A DNA stretch of 24,366 bases, from positions 1 through 24,366 of the IMG/VR virus record IMGVR_UViG_3300014208_000125; one strand, 5' to 3'. The position numbers and the translations under genes are program-made. This DNA comes from a virus (lineage: Duplodnaviria; Caudoviricetes). The first letter of the stretch is position 1; each line of letters begins with the position of its first letter. The notes beneath the pieces are model-generated. The model did no database searches. It was given only the letters and a program-made list of their open reading frames with translations, and had not been told where the DNA came from. This document shows positions 15,422-24,366 of the stretch, piece by piece.

Positions 15422-16096
15422 ATGGAAAACATTAAAAATGTAATTCTCGGAGTACTTGTAGTAGCTGTTCTATTTCTTGGAGCAAAAGTATCTGGTTTGT
15501 CATCTTCTCTAGGTGCCGCATCTGGATACGCTCACTATCAAATGGAATCATTCCTACAAGGAGTTTCCGCAGGTGCTAGAGATCAGTTTTCAGTAAGTAA
15601 TACTGGAGTATTAACTACATCTGGTGCAATCACCACAACTAGTGCATTGACTTCAGGTGCCTTCTCAGCAACTACAGGTGCATTTAGCTCAACGCTTGAT
15701 GTAACTGGAGCAACAGAAGTTGGTCTCTTTACTCAAGGTGGTGGAGTACTTTCAACAAGTACTGTATCAACAGCAATGATTCCAACTGCAGCAACCTTCA
15801 ATTATGGGTTGATTCAGATAACACCAAACACAGCAGACTTGACTTACACATTCCCAGCTACTTCTACAATGTCGGCTATGATTCCGAACGCAGGAGATAG
15901 CAGAACAGTTATGGTTTATAACGCTACTACAACAGCAGGAATTGATGTAATCTTTGCCGCTGGCACAGGTATGGAGATAAAAGGTACTGGTTCTACCCCT
16001 TTAACAATAGACGAAGCTTCAATGGGAACTTTGACATTTGTTAGAAAGGCAAACTCAGATATCTTAGTCTTAGTAAACGCAGCCGTAGCAGATTAG
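15422..16096 (+). CDS. T/S/G-rich beta protein with N-terminal TM/signal segment; putative capsid decoration protein or fibre
   Basis: VILGVLVVAVLFLG hydrophobic stretch; 'LTYTFPA..PNAGDSRTVMVYN' C-terminal domain; directly after the MCP. Confidence 0.65.
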   Translation: MENIKNVILGVLVVAVLFLGAKVSGLSSSLGAASGYAHYQMESFLQGVSAGARDQFSVSNTGVLTTSGAITTTSALTSGAFSATTGAFSSTLDVTGATEVGLFTQGGGVLSTSTVSTAMIPTAATFNYGLIQITPNTADLTYTFPATSTMSAMIPNAGDSRTVMVYNATTTAGIDVIFAAGTGMEIKGTGSTPLTIDEASMGTLTFVRKANSDILVLVNAAVAD

Positions 16097-16098
16097 AA

Positions 16099-16148
16099 CT
16101 TTTGTTCTTAGCAGGGATTCTTGTGAAATCCCTGCAATAGAGCAAGAG
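16099..16148 (+). other. long intergenic hairpin without U-tract
   Basis: CTTTTGTTCT/AGAGCAAGAG and GCAGGGATT/AATCCCTGC stems separated by a small internal loop. Confidence 0.65.
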
Positions 16149-16173
16149 CTCACTTATAAATTAATTAATTAAA

Positions 16174-16569
16174 ATGACAAAAGTAAAATTAGCAATCGCA
16201 GGAGTTCTTGTAGCAGTAGCATCCTATTTAATAGGTGGTTCAGATATACCTGCCAAATTTGGAGGAGTTTCAAACGATTCAGGTTATAGGTACAAGAATA
16301 TAACATCAACAGACGCTTCTGCTACCATTCCTGTGGAGATTGCCACATCAAGTAAGGCATTCATGCTTGGTTCAATCGTAGTAAACACAACTCACGCTAC
16401 TGTTATAAGAATTTATGACGGTATTGCTACTTCAACAGGTACATTAATTGCTTCATTACCTGCTTCCGCTGTTGTAGGAAATTATATCTATGATGTAAAT
16501 GTCAAAAAAGGAATTGTTTTAGACGTGCCAGCTGGATTCGCAGGAAATTATACAATAACTTGGAAATAG
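16174..16569 (+). CDS. small beta-sandwich protein with N-terminal TM/signal segment
   Basis: LAIAGVLVAVASYLIGG; 'LGSIVVN..IRIYDG..YDV..KGIV..TITW' beta pattern. Confidence 0.7.
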   Translation: MTKVKLAIAGVLVAVASYLIGGSDIPAKFGGVSNDSGYRYKNITSTDASATIPVEIATSSKAFMLGSIVVNTTHATVIRIYDGIATSTGTLIASLPASAVVGNYIYDVNVKKGIVLDVPAGFAGNYTITWK

Positions 16570-16586
16570 GGTGTAATAAATAACAG

Positions 16587-17285
16587 ATGAATAGTAATAA
16601 AGGAGTAAAATTAACAGAAGAACACAAAAGAAATATTGGTCTTGCCAATAAGGGCAAACCTGCTCCTAATCGTAATTTTTGGTTAGGTAAAAAACGTTCT
16701 AAAGAAACGAAAGAAAAAATCAGTACTACAAAAACTGGTTCAAAACTTTCTACTGAACATAAAAGAAAGATTGGGTTGGCATCAAAAAAATGTTGGGGAA
16801 ACCCTGAATATTCTAAGAAAATGAGTGAATCTCGGTTAGAACATATTGTTACAAAGGAAACAGCAGAAAAAATTTCCAAAGCCAACAAAGGAAAGAAAAG
16901 ACCCATTGGTTTTGTCGCGCACAATACTTTTAAGAAAGGTTTTACTCCGTGGAATAAGAATAAAAAAAGTTTAATATCACCAGAAGAACATCATAATTGG
17001 AAAGGTGGGATTACATCTGAAAGAGAAAAAATTCGTAAGAGTTTAGAAAATAAAATATGGATTAGGGCTGTGTTTGAGAGAGACAATTTCACTTGTCAAA
17101 AATATGGAGAAACACACGGTGGTTTGAATGCCCACCATATTCAAAACTTTTCTCAATATCCGGAGTTTCGTTTTGCAATAGATAACGGAATCACATTGAG
17201 TAAAAAAGCTCACGAAGAATTTCACAAGAAATATGGATATAAAAATAATAGTCGTGAGCAATTATTAGAATTTATAAATAGTTAA
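16587..17285 (+). CDS. free-standing NUMOD3-HNH homing endonuclease
   Basis: Repeated 'EEHKRNIG..NKG' / 'KETKEKIS' NUMOD3-type motifs, NWKGG, VFERDNFTCQ, AHHI..NGITL..H. Confidence 0.88.
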   Translation: MNSNKGVKLTEEHKRNIGLANKGKPAPNRNFWLGKKRSKETKEKISTTKTGSKLSTEHKRKIGLASKKCWGNPEYSKKMSESRLEHIVTKETAEKISKANKGKKRPIGFVAHNTFKKGFTPWNKNKKSLISPEEHHNWKGGITSEREKIRKSLENKIWIRAVFERDNFTCQKYGETHGGLNAHHIQNFSQYPEFRFAIDNGITLSKKAHEEFHKKYGYKNNSREQLLEFINS

Positions 17286-17296
17286 TTTAAAATCAT

Positions 17297-18010
17297 ATGG
17301 TCTGGAATTCTGAAACAAACCAAGACGATCTAGTAAGTGATATTACATTTTTTACAGACGCAGACACTATCGCTTATCCTCTAGCCGACCGTGCAAGAAA
17401 CGCCAATAGAGGGTTAGATAGAGTAGTTCAACTTATCTTAAAGAGTGACGGACATTGGGAATGGGATGATACTGTTCAATCAACAGAACTTCTTGACGTT
17501 TCAACGGCACTTGTTTCTGGAACGCAGAAATATGCCATAGGAATTACTTGGCTTAAAATTGGAAAGGTCAGGATAAAAGATTCCGCAGGTAATTGGATTT
17601 CATTAACTCCAAAGGATAGAAAACTATTGACAGACGCAGAACTAACAGCAAGTGCTAGTACTCCAAAATACTACGACAGAATGGGTAATTTTATTTATCT
17701 ATATCCAAAACCAAATTATGCTTCAACAGGAGGTTTAGAAATTCAATATCAAAGAGGTGCAGCTTATTTCGTACCAGGTGATACTACAAAAACTCCTGGA
17801 TTTGCTTCTCACTTTCATAGATTAATTTCTTTATATTCTGCTTTAGACTATTGCGAAGTTAATGATATGGAGAAACGTGCTTCTAAAATTCAAGCTAAAA
17901 TAAAACTGCTGGAGGAGGAATTAGTAGCACATTATGCTGATCGCAGTGGAGATGACCAACCCGCAATGAGAGTTCAGAAAGAAGATTTTGGGGAAAGAGC
18001 GTTAATATAA
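17297..18010 (+). CDS. head-tail adaptor protein (putative)
   Basis: LVSGTQKY, P.YY..IYLYPKP, P..ASHFH.LI..YSA motifs; position in the module. Confidence 0.7.
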   Translation: MVWNSETNQDDLVSDITFFTDADTIAYPLADRARNANRGLDRVVQLILKSDGHWEWDDTVQSTELLDVSTALVSGTQKYAIGITWLKIGKVRIKDSAGNWISLTPKDRKLLTDAELTASASTPKYYDRMGNFIYLYPKPNYASTGGLEIQYQRGAAYFVPGDTTKTPGFASHFHRLISLYSALDYCEVNDMEKRASKIQAKIKLLEEELVAHYADRSGDDQPAMRVQKEDFGERALI

Positions 18011-18015
18011 ATTAA

Positions 18016-19476
18016 ATGGCAACAAAAGATAACACATTTAAAATAACCATTGACGACTTCTCATTGGGATTCGCGCCTTTAGCACACTTGGATTCGCTCA
18101 CTACTCTTGGAAAAGCGGGACACGCTACCGCAATGGGTAATATTGACTTGCTTACACACCCTGGAAAGATTACTCAAGGCCCAGGACTTGCAACTCTAAC
18201 CGCAGGGACAGAAGCAGGAGCAGTGACTGAATTAATAAACTATATTACAGATACCGCAGTTGCTTCAAATGTTGCTTATGGGATAGGAAATACTAAACTT
18301 CAACAGATAAGTGCAACAGCAGTGACAAATACTGGTGTTTTCCCTCATACAATAACTAACGCAACAGCAGGTAATTCGTGTATTTATTTTCAAGGTGCAT
18401 TATATTATTTTTTCAACAAATCTTCTGGTGCAGATTTTGGCAAGTATGATTTAGCAACTACTTTTGACGATGATTATGGTTCTACTGTGCCAACTGGTGC
18501 CGCCGCACTTCAATCAGCTCCACACCCTGTAGCAAAGAAGGAAGATATTTTAATGTTCGGAAATGGTAGATATGTTGGTACTTTTATCTCTTCAACAGCG
18601 ACAGTTGCTCCGACTAAACTTGATTTTGGGGTAAATTCAGAGGTAGCAGACTTATGTTTCCACGCTAATCAGTGGTACTTAGCGGTAAACGCTGGGATTT
18701 TGTCAGGTACAAATCGTGCTTCCTCACAAATTTATTTATACGACGGGGCGGCTTTAACTTCTATTCTATCAGACGAAGTAGCTGTGGGTGTTCAACAGAT
18801 AGGCTTTATTATGCCCGTAAACGGCGTTGTATACGTTGCATACAAGGATTTGTCATCCGCAGGTGGTTTTGCTATCGGATACATCTCAGGGAGGCAAATT
18901 AAGCCTTTAAAATACTTCACTGGTTCACTTCCTACGTTCGCACAAAAGACTTTATTTAAAAATACAATTAGTTTTGTCTCCAACGCGCTTATTTATTCCT
19001 GCGGTGCAGTAATAGAACAGTTACCTGTACAGATTTCACAGTTAGCAGACGGTGGATTTTCAACAGTTGGTGCTTTAGCAGCTCCATTCGGTAATCCGAT
19101 GGTAGCGAGTACGCAAACAACTTCATTCAAACTAGCTCAATTTAGTGGATTTGATACCGCTTGTACGTGGAAGAGTATTGTTTTTCCAGTAACCAACGGA
19201 ACTTATAAAGGTATGATAGATACAATTATTGTTCATACAAAAGTGCTAGGAGCAAATGCTAGTTGCGCGATAACCTTTGAAGCTAATCAAGGTGTTTCAA
19301 CATCCGCAAGCAAAACGATAACAACTACTGGCAAGACAAGACATGTATTTACAAACTTTTCTTTAAAAGATATAGAAGATTTTAGAATTGCTTTAACTTG
19401 GGCGGCAGGTAACGCAACAAACGATTGCGAAATTAGGAAGATAGATATTATGGGACACTTTGTAGAAAATAGTTAA
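18016..19476 (+). CDS. tail nozzle / tubular protein B-like (putative beta-propeller)
   Basis: 486-aa beta-rich protein between adaptor and tailspike. Confidence 0.6.
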   Translation: MATKDNTFKITIDDFSLGFAPLAHLDSLTTLGKAGHATAMGNIDLLTHPGKITQGPGLATLTAGTEAGAVTELINYITDTAVASNVAYGIGNTKLQQISATAVTNTGVFPHTITNATAGNSCIYFQGALYYFFNKSSGADFGKYDLATTFDDDYGSTVPTGAAALQSAPHPVAKKEDILMFGNGRYVGTFISSTATVAPTKLDFGVNSEVADLCFHANQWYLAVNAGILSGTNRASSQIYLYDGAALTSILSDEVAVGVQQIGFIMPVNGVVYVAYKDLSSAGGFAIGYISGRQIKPLKYFTGSLPTFAQKTLFKNTISFVSNALIYSCGAVIEQLPVQISQLADGGFSTVGALAAPFGNPMVASTQTTSFKLAQFSGFDTACTWKSIVFPVTNGTYKGMIDTIIVHTKVLGANASCAITFEANQGVSTSASKTITTTGKTRHVFTNFSLKDIEDFRIALTWAAGNATNDCEIRKIDIMGHFVENS

Positions 19477-21807
19477 ATGGATTTAACACCAAAATATACA
19501 ACTTTAACGGCAGAGGAAGAAATTGTGATCCCTGCAAATTTTCAGGATAACTCGGGACAACTTGTTGGAGGATTTTCTGCTACTCCCGCAGAACTTACGC
19601 AAGGCAAGATTAAACTTCAAGGAATTGCTGAAAGATTTTTAATTGGGGATGCAACACTACCTCTCACTGGTACAGGCGTTTTTATAGGTTGGGATGGAGA
19701 AACTACAAAGAACTATGATTTTCGTGTAGGAGATCCTTCTGCTAATTATATACACTGGGATGGTTCTCTCGCTACTTTGACGATTGTAGGGTCAATTACA
19801 GCTACTTCTGGTTCAGTTGGTGGATGGTCTGTATCCTCAACTGCTATATATTTTAATGGTGCAACAGACGCATTATCAGCAGGAATGGCTCCAGCAGATT
19901 ATCCTTTTTATGCAGGAAAGAAATATGTGGATAGGGCAACAGCTCCATTCAGAGTAAATACAGCAGGAGATTTATTTGCTAGTTCAGCTACTATCACAGG
20001 TTCTATCACAACGGGATTTGGTTCAACAATAAATGGAACATATATTGATTCTCTTGATGTTAGTAAATTAAATGCAGGTACAATAACATCAAAATCAATT
20101 ACACTTGCAGTTGCAGGAGGTACAGGAGACGTTAAAATACAAGCAGGAAAGACAGATTTTACCAATACAGAGAGTGGTTTTATTCTTGGTATTGATGATT
20201 CTGATTCCGATAAAGCCAAGTTTTATTTGGGGGATACTAATAATTATATCAATTGGGATGGATCATCTTTAACTGTCCTCGGAAATATAAATCTTGGAGG
20301 TACAAATATAACAGTTTCAGCAGTAGCGGATATTCAAACAGCACTAAATGATGTCTTTACCGCTGGTGGAGGTACTGTCTATCTCCAAGCAGGAACATAT
20401 CTTTTAACCGCAGATATTACTATTCCAAGCGGAGTAACACTTCAAGGAATAAACAGAGATACTGTAATAATAGATTGCAACTCTTCTTATGCCGTAAAAA
20501 TGGTTGGTTCTGATAACTATTCAACAGGAGACGTTACTATCGCCGACGGTTCAAGTACTGTAACAGGAACTAGCACTGTATGGACTGCAGGGATGATTGG
20601 AAGATATATTTACTTGTATGGTTATTGGTATGAGATAACAGGGAGAACAAGTAACACTGAAATAACAATAGGGGTTCCTTATGATGGACCAAACCTAACA
20701 AATTCTGTTTACATGATTGCTAATCCGAATTTCCACTCGATTGTAAGAAAAATTACGGTTCAAAATGCAACAGGGGCGGGTGTTATCTCTACATATTCAT
20801 CAGAGCCTATCTTTGATGATATTCAGATATTTAATTGTGGGACTGGATTAGATTTAGACTATATCTACGCTCCAAATATGTACGGTTCTTTTGATTCAAA
20901 TGGAGTTGCATTAAATATGAATTACTGTGATTCATTCAAGATTGATTACTGTGCATTCGTAAATTCTACAGTAGGAGCTGGTATTATAATGACAAATTGT
21001 AATAGTTCAACTGTATTTGATACAGGAATATCAGGAAATACTGGGAATGGAATAACTTTGACTGGATGTACAAACATAACTTTCTTGAGCGTAAATTCAA
21101 ATACTAACGGAGCAAATGGTATTGAGCTAGTATCAGGAAATTCAGACTTGGAATTTATCTCAATGAATGCTGATAGTAACGTTGGAGACGGATATAAATT
21201 AACAGCTACTACAGATAACATAACTATAATCGGAAGTTCTATCACTAATAATGGAGCTTATGGAATAAACAATGCGGCAGCAACAAACGACAGATGTATA
21301 TTCTCTTCAAACGTTATAACAGGAAACGTAACAGCAAGCGGTATTGATAGTGGGACAAGTACTATTATAAGAGGAAACTATGGATGGGATGACAATGGAA
21401 CAAATGCTTTACTTGATTTGGTTATACTTTCTGCTTCGGATAATCTTAAATTTTCTGCGGACACGTTGAGAATTGGTAATTCAGATACGTACGAATTAAA
21501 AAAACAAATAACAGTAAGACAAGGTGGAACAGTGAGAATAAAATTTGATTTAAAACAAAGTAATAGTGGAAGTAGTGCATTTGCTAGAATATATATTAAT
21601 GAAATTGCAGTGGGGACAGAACAGCAATCTTCTGGTGCAACATATACAACTTTCTCTCAAGATATAAATATAAAAGCGTTTGATAGAATACAATTATACG
21701 CCAAAGATACTTCTGGTTCAGGTTCAGACTTGTATCAAGTAAAAAATTTCCGAATTTATTATGACAGAGCAGTCACAACAGTTGCTGGAGTAGTGGATAC
21801 AGATTAA
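19477..21807 (+). CDS. tailspike / receptor-binding protein with pectin-lyase-like beta-helix
   Basis: IQTALND...GGGTVYLQAGTY..ITIPSGVTLQG cap and repeated 'N..GI.L' coils. Confidence 0.85.
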   Translation: MDLTPKYTTLTAEEEIVIPANFQDNSGQLVGGFSATPAELTQGKIKLQGIAERFLIGDATLPLTGTGVFIGWDGETTKNYDFRVGDPSANYIHWDGSLATLTIVGSITATSGSVGGWSVSSTAIYFNGATDALSAGMAPADYPFYAGKKYVDRATAPFRVNTAGDLFASSATITGSITTGFGSTINGTYIDSLDVSKLNAGTITSKSITLAVAGGTGDVKIQAGKTDFTNTESGFILGIDDSDSDKAKFYLGDTNNYINWDGSSLTVLGNINLGGTNITVSAVADIQTALNDVFTAGGGTVYLQAGTYLLTADITIPSGVTLQGINRDTVIIDCNSSYAVKMVGSDNYSTGDVTIADGSSTVTGTSTVWTAGMIGRYIYLYGYWYEITGRTSNTEITIGVPYDGPNLTNSVYMIANPNFHSIVRKITVQNATGAGVISTYSSEPIFDDIQIFNCGTGLDLDYIYAPNMYGSFDSNGVALNMNYCDSFKIDYCAFVNSTVGAGIIMTNCNSSTVFDTGISGNTGNGITLTGCTNITFLSVNSNTNGANGIELVSGNSDLEFISMNADSNVGDGYKLTATTDNITIIGSSITNNGAYGINNAAATNDRCIFSSNVITGNVTASGIDSGTSTIIRGNYGWDDNGTNALLDLVILSASDNLKFSADTLRIGNSDTYELKKQITVRQGGTVRIKFDLKQSNSGSSAFARIYINEIAVGTEQQSSGATYTTFSQDINIKAFDRIQLYAKDTSGSGSDLYQVKNFRIYYDRAVTTVAGVVDTD

Positions 21808-21828
21808 TTTTATAAAACATTATTTTAA

Positions 21829-21837
21829 TGGTATAAT
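21829..21837 (+). promoter_or_regulatory. extended -10 promoter TGGTATAAT
   Basis: Intergenic, 10 nt before the ATG at 21848. Confidence 0.7.
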
Positions 21838-21847
21838 ATAGTAATAA

Positions 21848-24082
21848 ATGGCATATAATTTAACGGAACAACAATTATCAGAGATACAAGCTAGAACAGG
21901 TACTAGGGATTTATCTCGTACTCAATTTAATATTCAACTTCAAGATGGAACAATAATTCCGGCGGGTATTAATCCAGGTCAGGGGGCTACAATTAAATTA
22001 GGCGGTGAAGTTATGGATAGAAGTACAGCTCAAGGTTCCGCTATTGCTTCTCAATTTGTAGGTCAAGGAATAGTAGACCCAGCACAAGAAATGGCAAAAG
22101 CATTAAAAGCAACTCCATTATCAACCAATGTTCCAGTAAATGGACCTGCTAGCCCAAGTAATCTTTTAACTTCGGGGACAGTTCAGGGTCAATATAAAGG
22201 AAAAGACATTTTTGCGGGTACAGACGCACAGGTTCAAGCACAAATGAGCGCGATAGATTCAGGTAGTAATCAGTTGGGACAACAAGACCAACTCGCTTCA
22301 ATGTTGCAAACTGTGAAAGGTATGCAGAAACAAGTCGAAACTACTCCTACATCATCAATTCCAAGTACCGTAGACGGCTCAAAAATAGCCCCTACACCAA
22401 CGATACCAAATATTCCGACTCCTACATCAACTACTGATATTTATTATGGAGGATTGGCAAAACAAGTTGCAGATTTAACTACTAAACTTGAAACGGAAAG
22501 ACAGACACAACAAACAGCACTCGATACAAAAAATGCTGATTTACAAAAACAATTAAATGATATAAAAACACTTCAATCAGAGGGGATGTTAAAACAAGGT
22601 AGTCTCGTTGCAGAAGAGGCAAGCAAAAAAAAGGAACAGTTAGATTTAGAGATTGCCAGATTCAATGAGAATTATGATAAAGTACAAGGATTAGCAACAC
22701 AACTTTCTGATTTAACTACTACAGGAAATGAAATAATCGCACAGCAAAAGGCAGTGACAGGACTTTCTTCCATAAGAAATCCTAGAATATCACAAACTAT
22801 TTCAGATATAACCGCACAAAGCGGAGTAATCCAAGCGGCAATTTCTACATATAACGGACAAATGAATCAAGCACAAAATCAATTACAGAGTGCTAACAAT
22901 GCTATATCCGATATTTATAAAGACCAAATAGATTATTACGATACTATTTATAATTATTATCAAGATCAAAAAGGGGAAGTATCAGATTTAAAAGCTGATG
23001 TTGTTAATAAACAAGCAGATCTTGCTAAAGAAAAAAGCGATGCGATAAAAACACAACTTGATAATGCACAGAAGACTTATAATATGATAGCCTCGGCGAT
23101 GACTTCTCCAGAATCGGCACTTTTTATGGCAGAAGCTGGTGTCACATTAAATGATACAATAGAACAAATAAATACTAAAATAGCTTTAAAAAGCAAATTA
23201 GATACGATTAATGATAAGAAAAATCAACTCTTAGAAGAAGGATACGAATTTGTTCCATTTCCAAGTTATCAATCTGGCCAAGATATGGTTACTTTTAATG
23301 TAGAGGGACAAAATTTAACATTCAAGAGACCTGTATCAACAGCAAAGACAACTACTATACCTTCAACATCAGCAATCTCTTCTGGAAACATAGAATCTGA
23401 AATAGGTGGAGATTTATTTGCTTATGCTTCTCAATATGCAGATACAGGTAAATTACCAGTTGTCACTGAATTGAAAAATTCTGGGATAAATGTCGGTCAA
23501 GTATCTTCTATTGCTAAACAGTTGCCAAAACCAAATGGTGCCATTGTTTCAACTAATACGGGAGTTCCCTCAACAAAAATGAGCTCCACTCAAGAATCTG
23601 CCATAACAGCATTAAGTGAAATAGTTAACACCACGATACCAGCAATGCAAAAATTATATCCAGAATTATATACTGGTTTTCTTGGAGGAATTGGTGGTAA
23701 AATATATACGACACAAGAAAGACAAGATTATGATACTTTTAGACAAGAATTTTTAAGCAAATTATTAGTTGCAAGATCAGGAGCGGCAGTAACTGAACCA
23801 GAGTATAATAGATATGCGGCATTAGTTCCTGAATCATCTAGTCTTAATCCGTTATCTACAGTAAATATATTTAGAAGTGAGCAGGGATCAAAAACACTTT
23901 CTTCAATCGCTGAATCGATGAAAAATCAGTTAGATTCTGTATTAAATGCGAACCAATTATCAATTTATGGTTATTCAAAAGTTAATATTGATGGAAAAGA
24001 AAGAACCGTTGGTGAAATTCTTGACGTTGGTGGGACTAAATATAGAGTATTACCAGACGGTAATTTAACTGATATAATATAA
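21848..24082 (+). CDS. putative DNA ejection / internal virion protein
   Basis: Q/T/S-rich with long coiled-coils; follows the tail genes as in podoviruses. Confidence 0.6.
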   Translation: MAYNLTEQQLSEIQARTGTRDLSRTQFNIQLQDGTIIPAGINPGQGATIKLGGEVMDRSTAQGSAIASQFVGQGIVDPAQEMAKALKATPLSTNVPVNGPASPSNLLTSGTVQGQYKGKDIFAGTDAQVQAQMSAIDSGSNQLGQQDQLASMLQTVKGMQKQVETTPTSSIPSTVDGSKIAPTPTIPNIPTPTSTTDIYYGGLAKQVADLTTKLETERQTQQTALDTKNADLQKQLNDIKTLQSEGMLKQGSLVAEEASKKKEQLDLEIARFNENYDKVQGLATQLSDLTTTGNEIIAQQKAVTGLSSIRNPRISQTISDITAQSGVIQAAISTYNGQMNQAQNQLQSANNAISDIYKDQIDYYDTIYNYYQDQKGEVSDLKADVVNKQADLAKEKSDAIKTQLDNAQKTYNMIASAMTSPESALFMAEAGVTLNDTIEQINTKIALKSKLDTINDKKNQLLEEGYEFVPFPSYQSGQDMVTFNVEGQNLTFKRPVSTAKTTTIPSTSAISSGNIESEIGGDLFAYASQYADTGKLPVVTELKNSGINVGQVSSIAKQLPKPNGAIVSTNTGVPSTKMSSTQESAITALSEIVNTTIPAMQKLYPELYTGFLGGIGGKIYTTQERQDYDTFRQEFLSKLLVARSGAAVTEPEYNRYAALVPESSSLNPLSTVNIFRSEQGSKTLSSIAESMKNQLDSVLNANQLSIYGYSKVNIDGKERTVGEILDVGGTKYRVLPDGNLTDII

Positions 24083-24366
24083 TGGCAATTTTCACACTAA
24101 AAGAAGCTATAAAAAGAAATAATACAACACCCGAAGAAGTAAAATCAATGGGTGTTATTGAAAAAAAAGAGGAAAAACCAGGATATGTTTCTCGTGTGTT
24201 TTCCACTGCAAAGACAGCAGTTAAAGAAGCCGTTAAAACAACAGAACGAGGTGCAGAATTGATGGAACAAGGAAAACCTGTCCAAGGTGCAATTATGAGT
24301 GGACTAGGTGCGGCAGGATCTGCTGTTAGATTAGGATTTTCTCCAATCACTGCGGCATTAGAACCT
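24082..24366 (+). CDS. putative ejection protein, 3'-truncated
   Basis: TAATG overlap; MAIFTLKEAIKRNN...GAIMSGLGAAGSAVRLGFSP open to the window end. Confidence 0.65.
   Translation, partial: MAIFTLKEAIKRNNTTPEEVKSMGVIEKKEEKPGYVSRVFSTAKTAVKEAVKTTERGAELMEQGKPVQGAIMSGLGAAGSAVRLGFSPITAALEP

Noticed and set aside
15387-16590. Amber readthrough or frameshift extension of the MCP (MCP and ORF 16174 both end TGG AAA TAG)
   Set aside because: Downstream genes are out of frame, further stops follow within a few codons, and I saw no slippery heptamer.
16570-17296. Group I intron hosting the HNH gene
   Set aside because: Both flanking genes are complete and the spacers are too short for intron core elements.
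13509-24350. Minus-strand and alternate-frame ORFs in the structural region (e.g. 13509-13889, 14348-14656, 16502-16924, 18672-18902, 24036-24350)
   Set aside because: They overlap confident plus-strand genes and show no recognisable motifs.
8666-24366. Genome-wide stop-codon reassignment (code 4, 25 or 15)
   Set aside because: Long genes are intact in code 11; TGA serves as a stop in ATGA overlaps and TAG ends several genes cleanly. Only one in-frame TGA was found.
1-24366. CRISPR array, diversity-generating retroelement, integrase or lysis cassette
   Set aside because: No repeat-spacer array, reverse transcriptase, TR/VR pair, recombinase or lysin motif was seen in this window.

Overview
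AT-rich fragment of a tailed dsDNA phage or prophage with podovirus/P22-like gene order. Left part (1-6682, minus strand): early recombination and replication genes (NinG-like, NinB-like, mini-SSB, YqaJ exonuclease, Rad52/Sak-like annealase, HNH, DnaC/IstB-like loader, replisome organizer with iterons) plus many micro-ORFs. Centre (6683-7510): divergent control region with sigma70-type promoters, a perfect DnaA box, structured leaders, a tRNA-Trp(CCA) and a non-canonical tRNA-like cloverleaf with a CAU anticodon. Right part (8666-end, plus strand): terminases, portal, scaffold, major capsid, two membrane-anchored beta-rich proteins, a NUMOD3-HNH homing endonuclease, adaptor, nozzle, beta-helix tailspike and ejection proteins. 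SD-less starts plus TGnTATAAT promoters suggest a Patescibacteria (CPR)-like host (inference). The most notable signal is a layer of RNA-level control: two terminator-containing leaders with loop-pairing pseudoknots (before the replication and capsid genes), the tRNA-like decoy, and an in-frame UGA in a late gene alongside an A24 tRNA-Trp. All family calls come from motif recognition by eye and all RNA structures were folded by hand; no searches were run.
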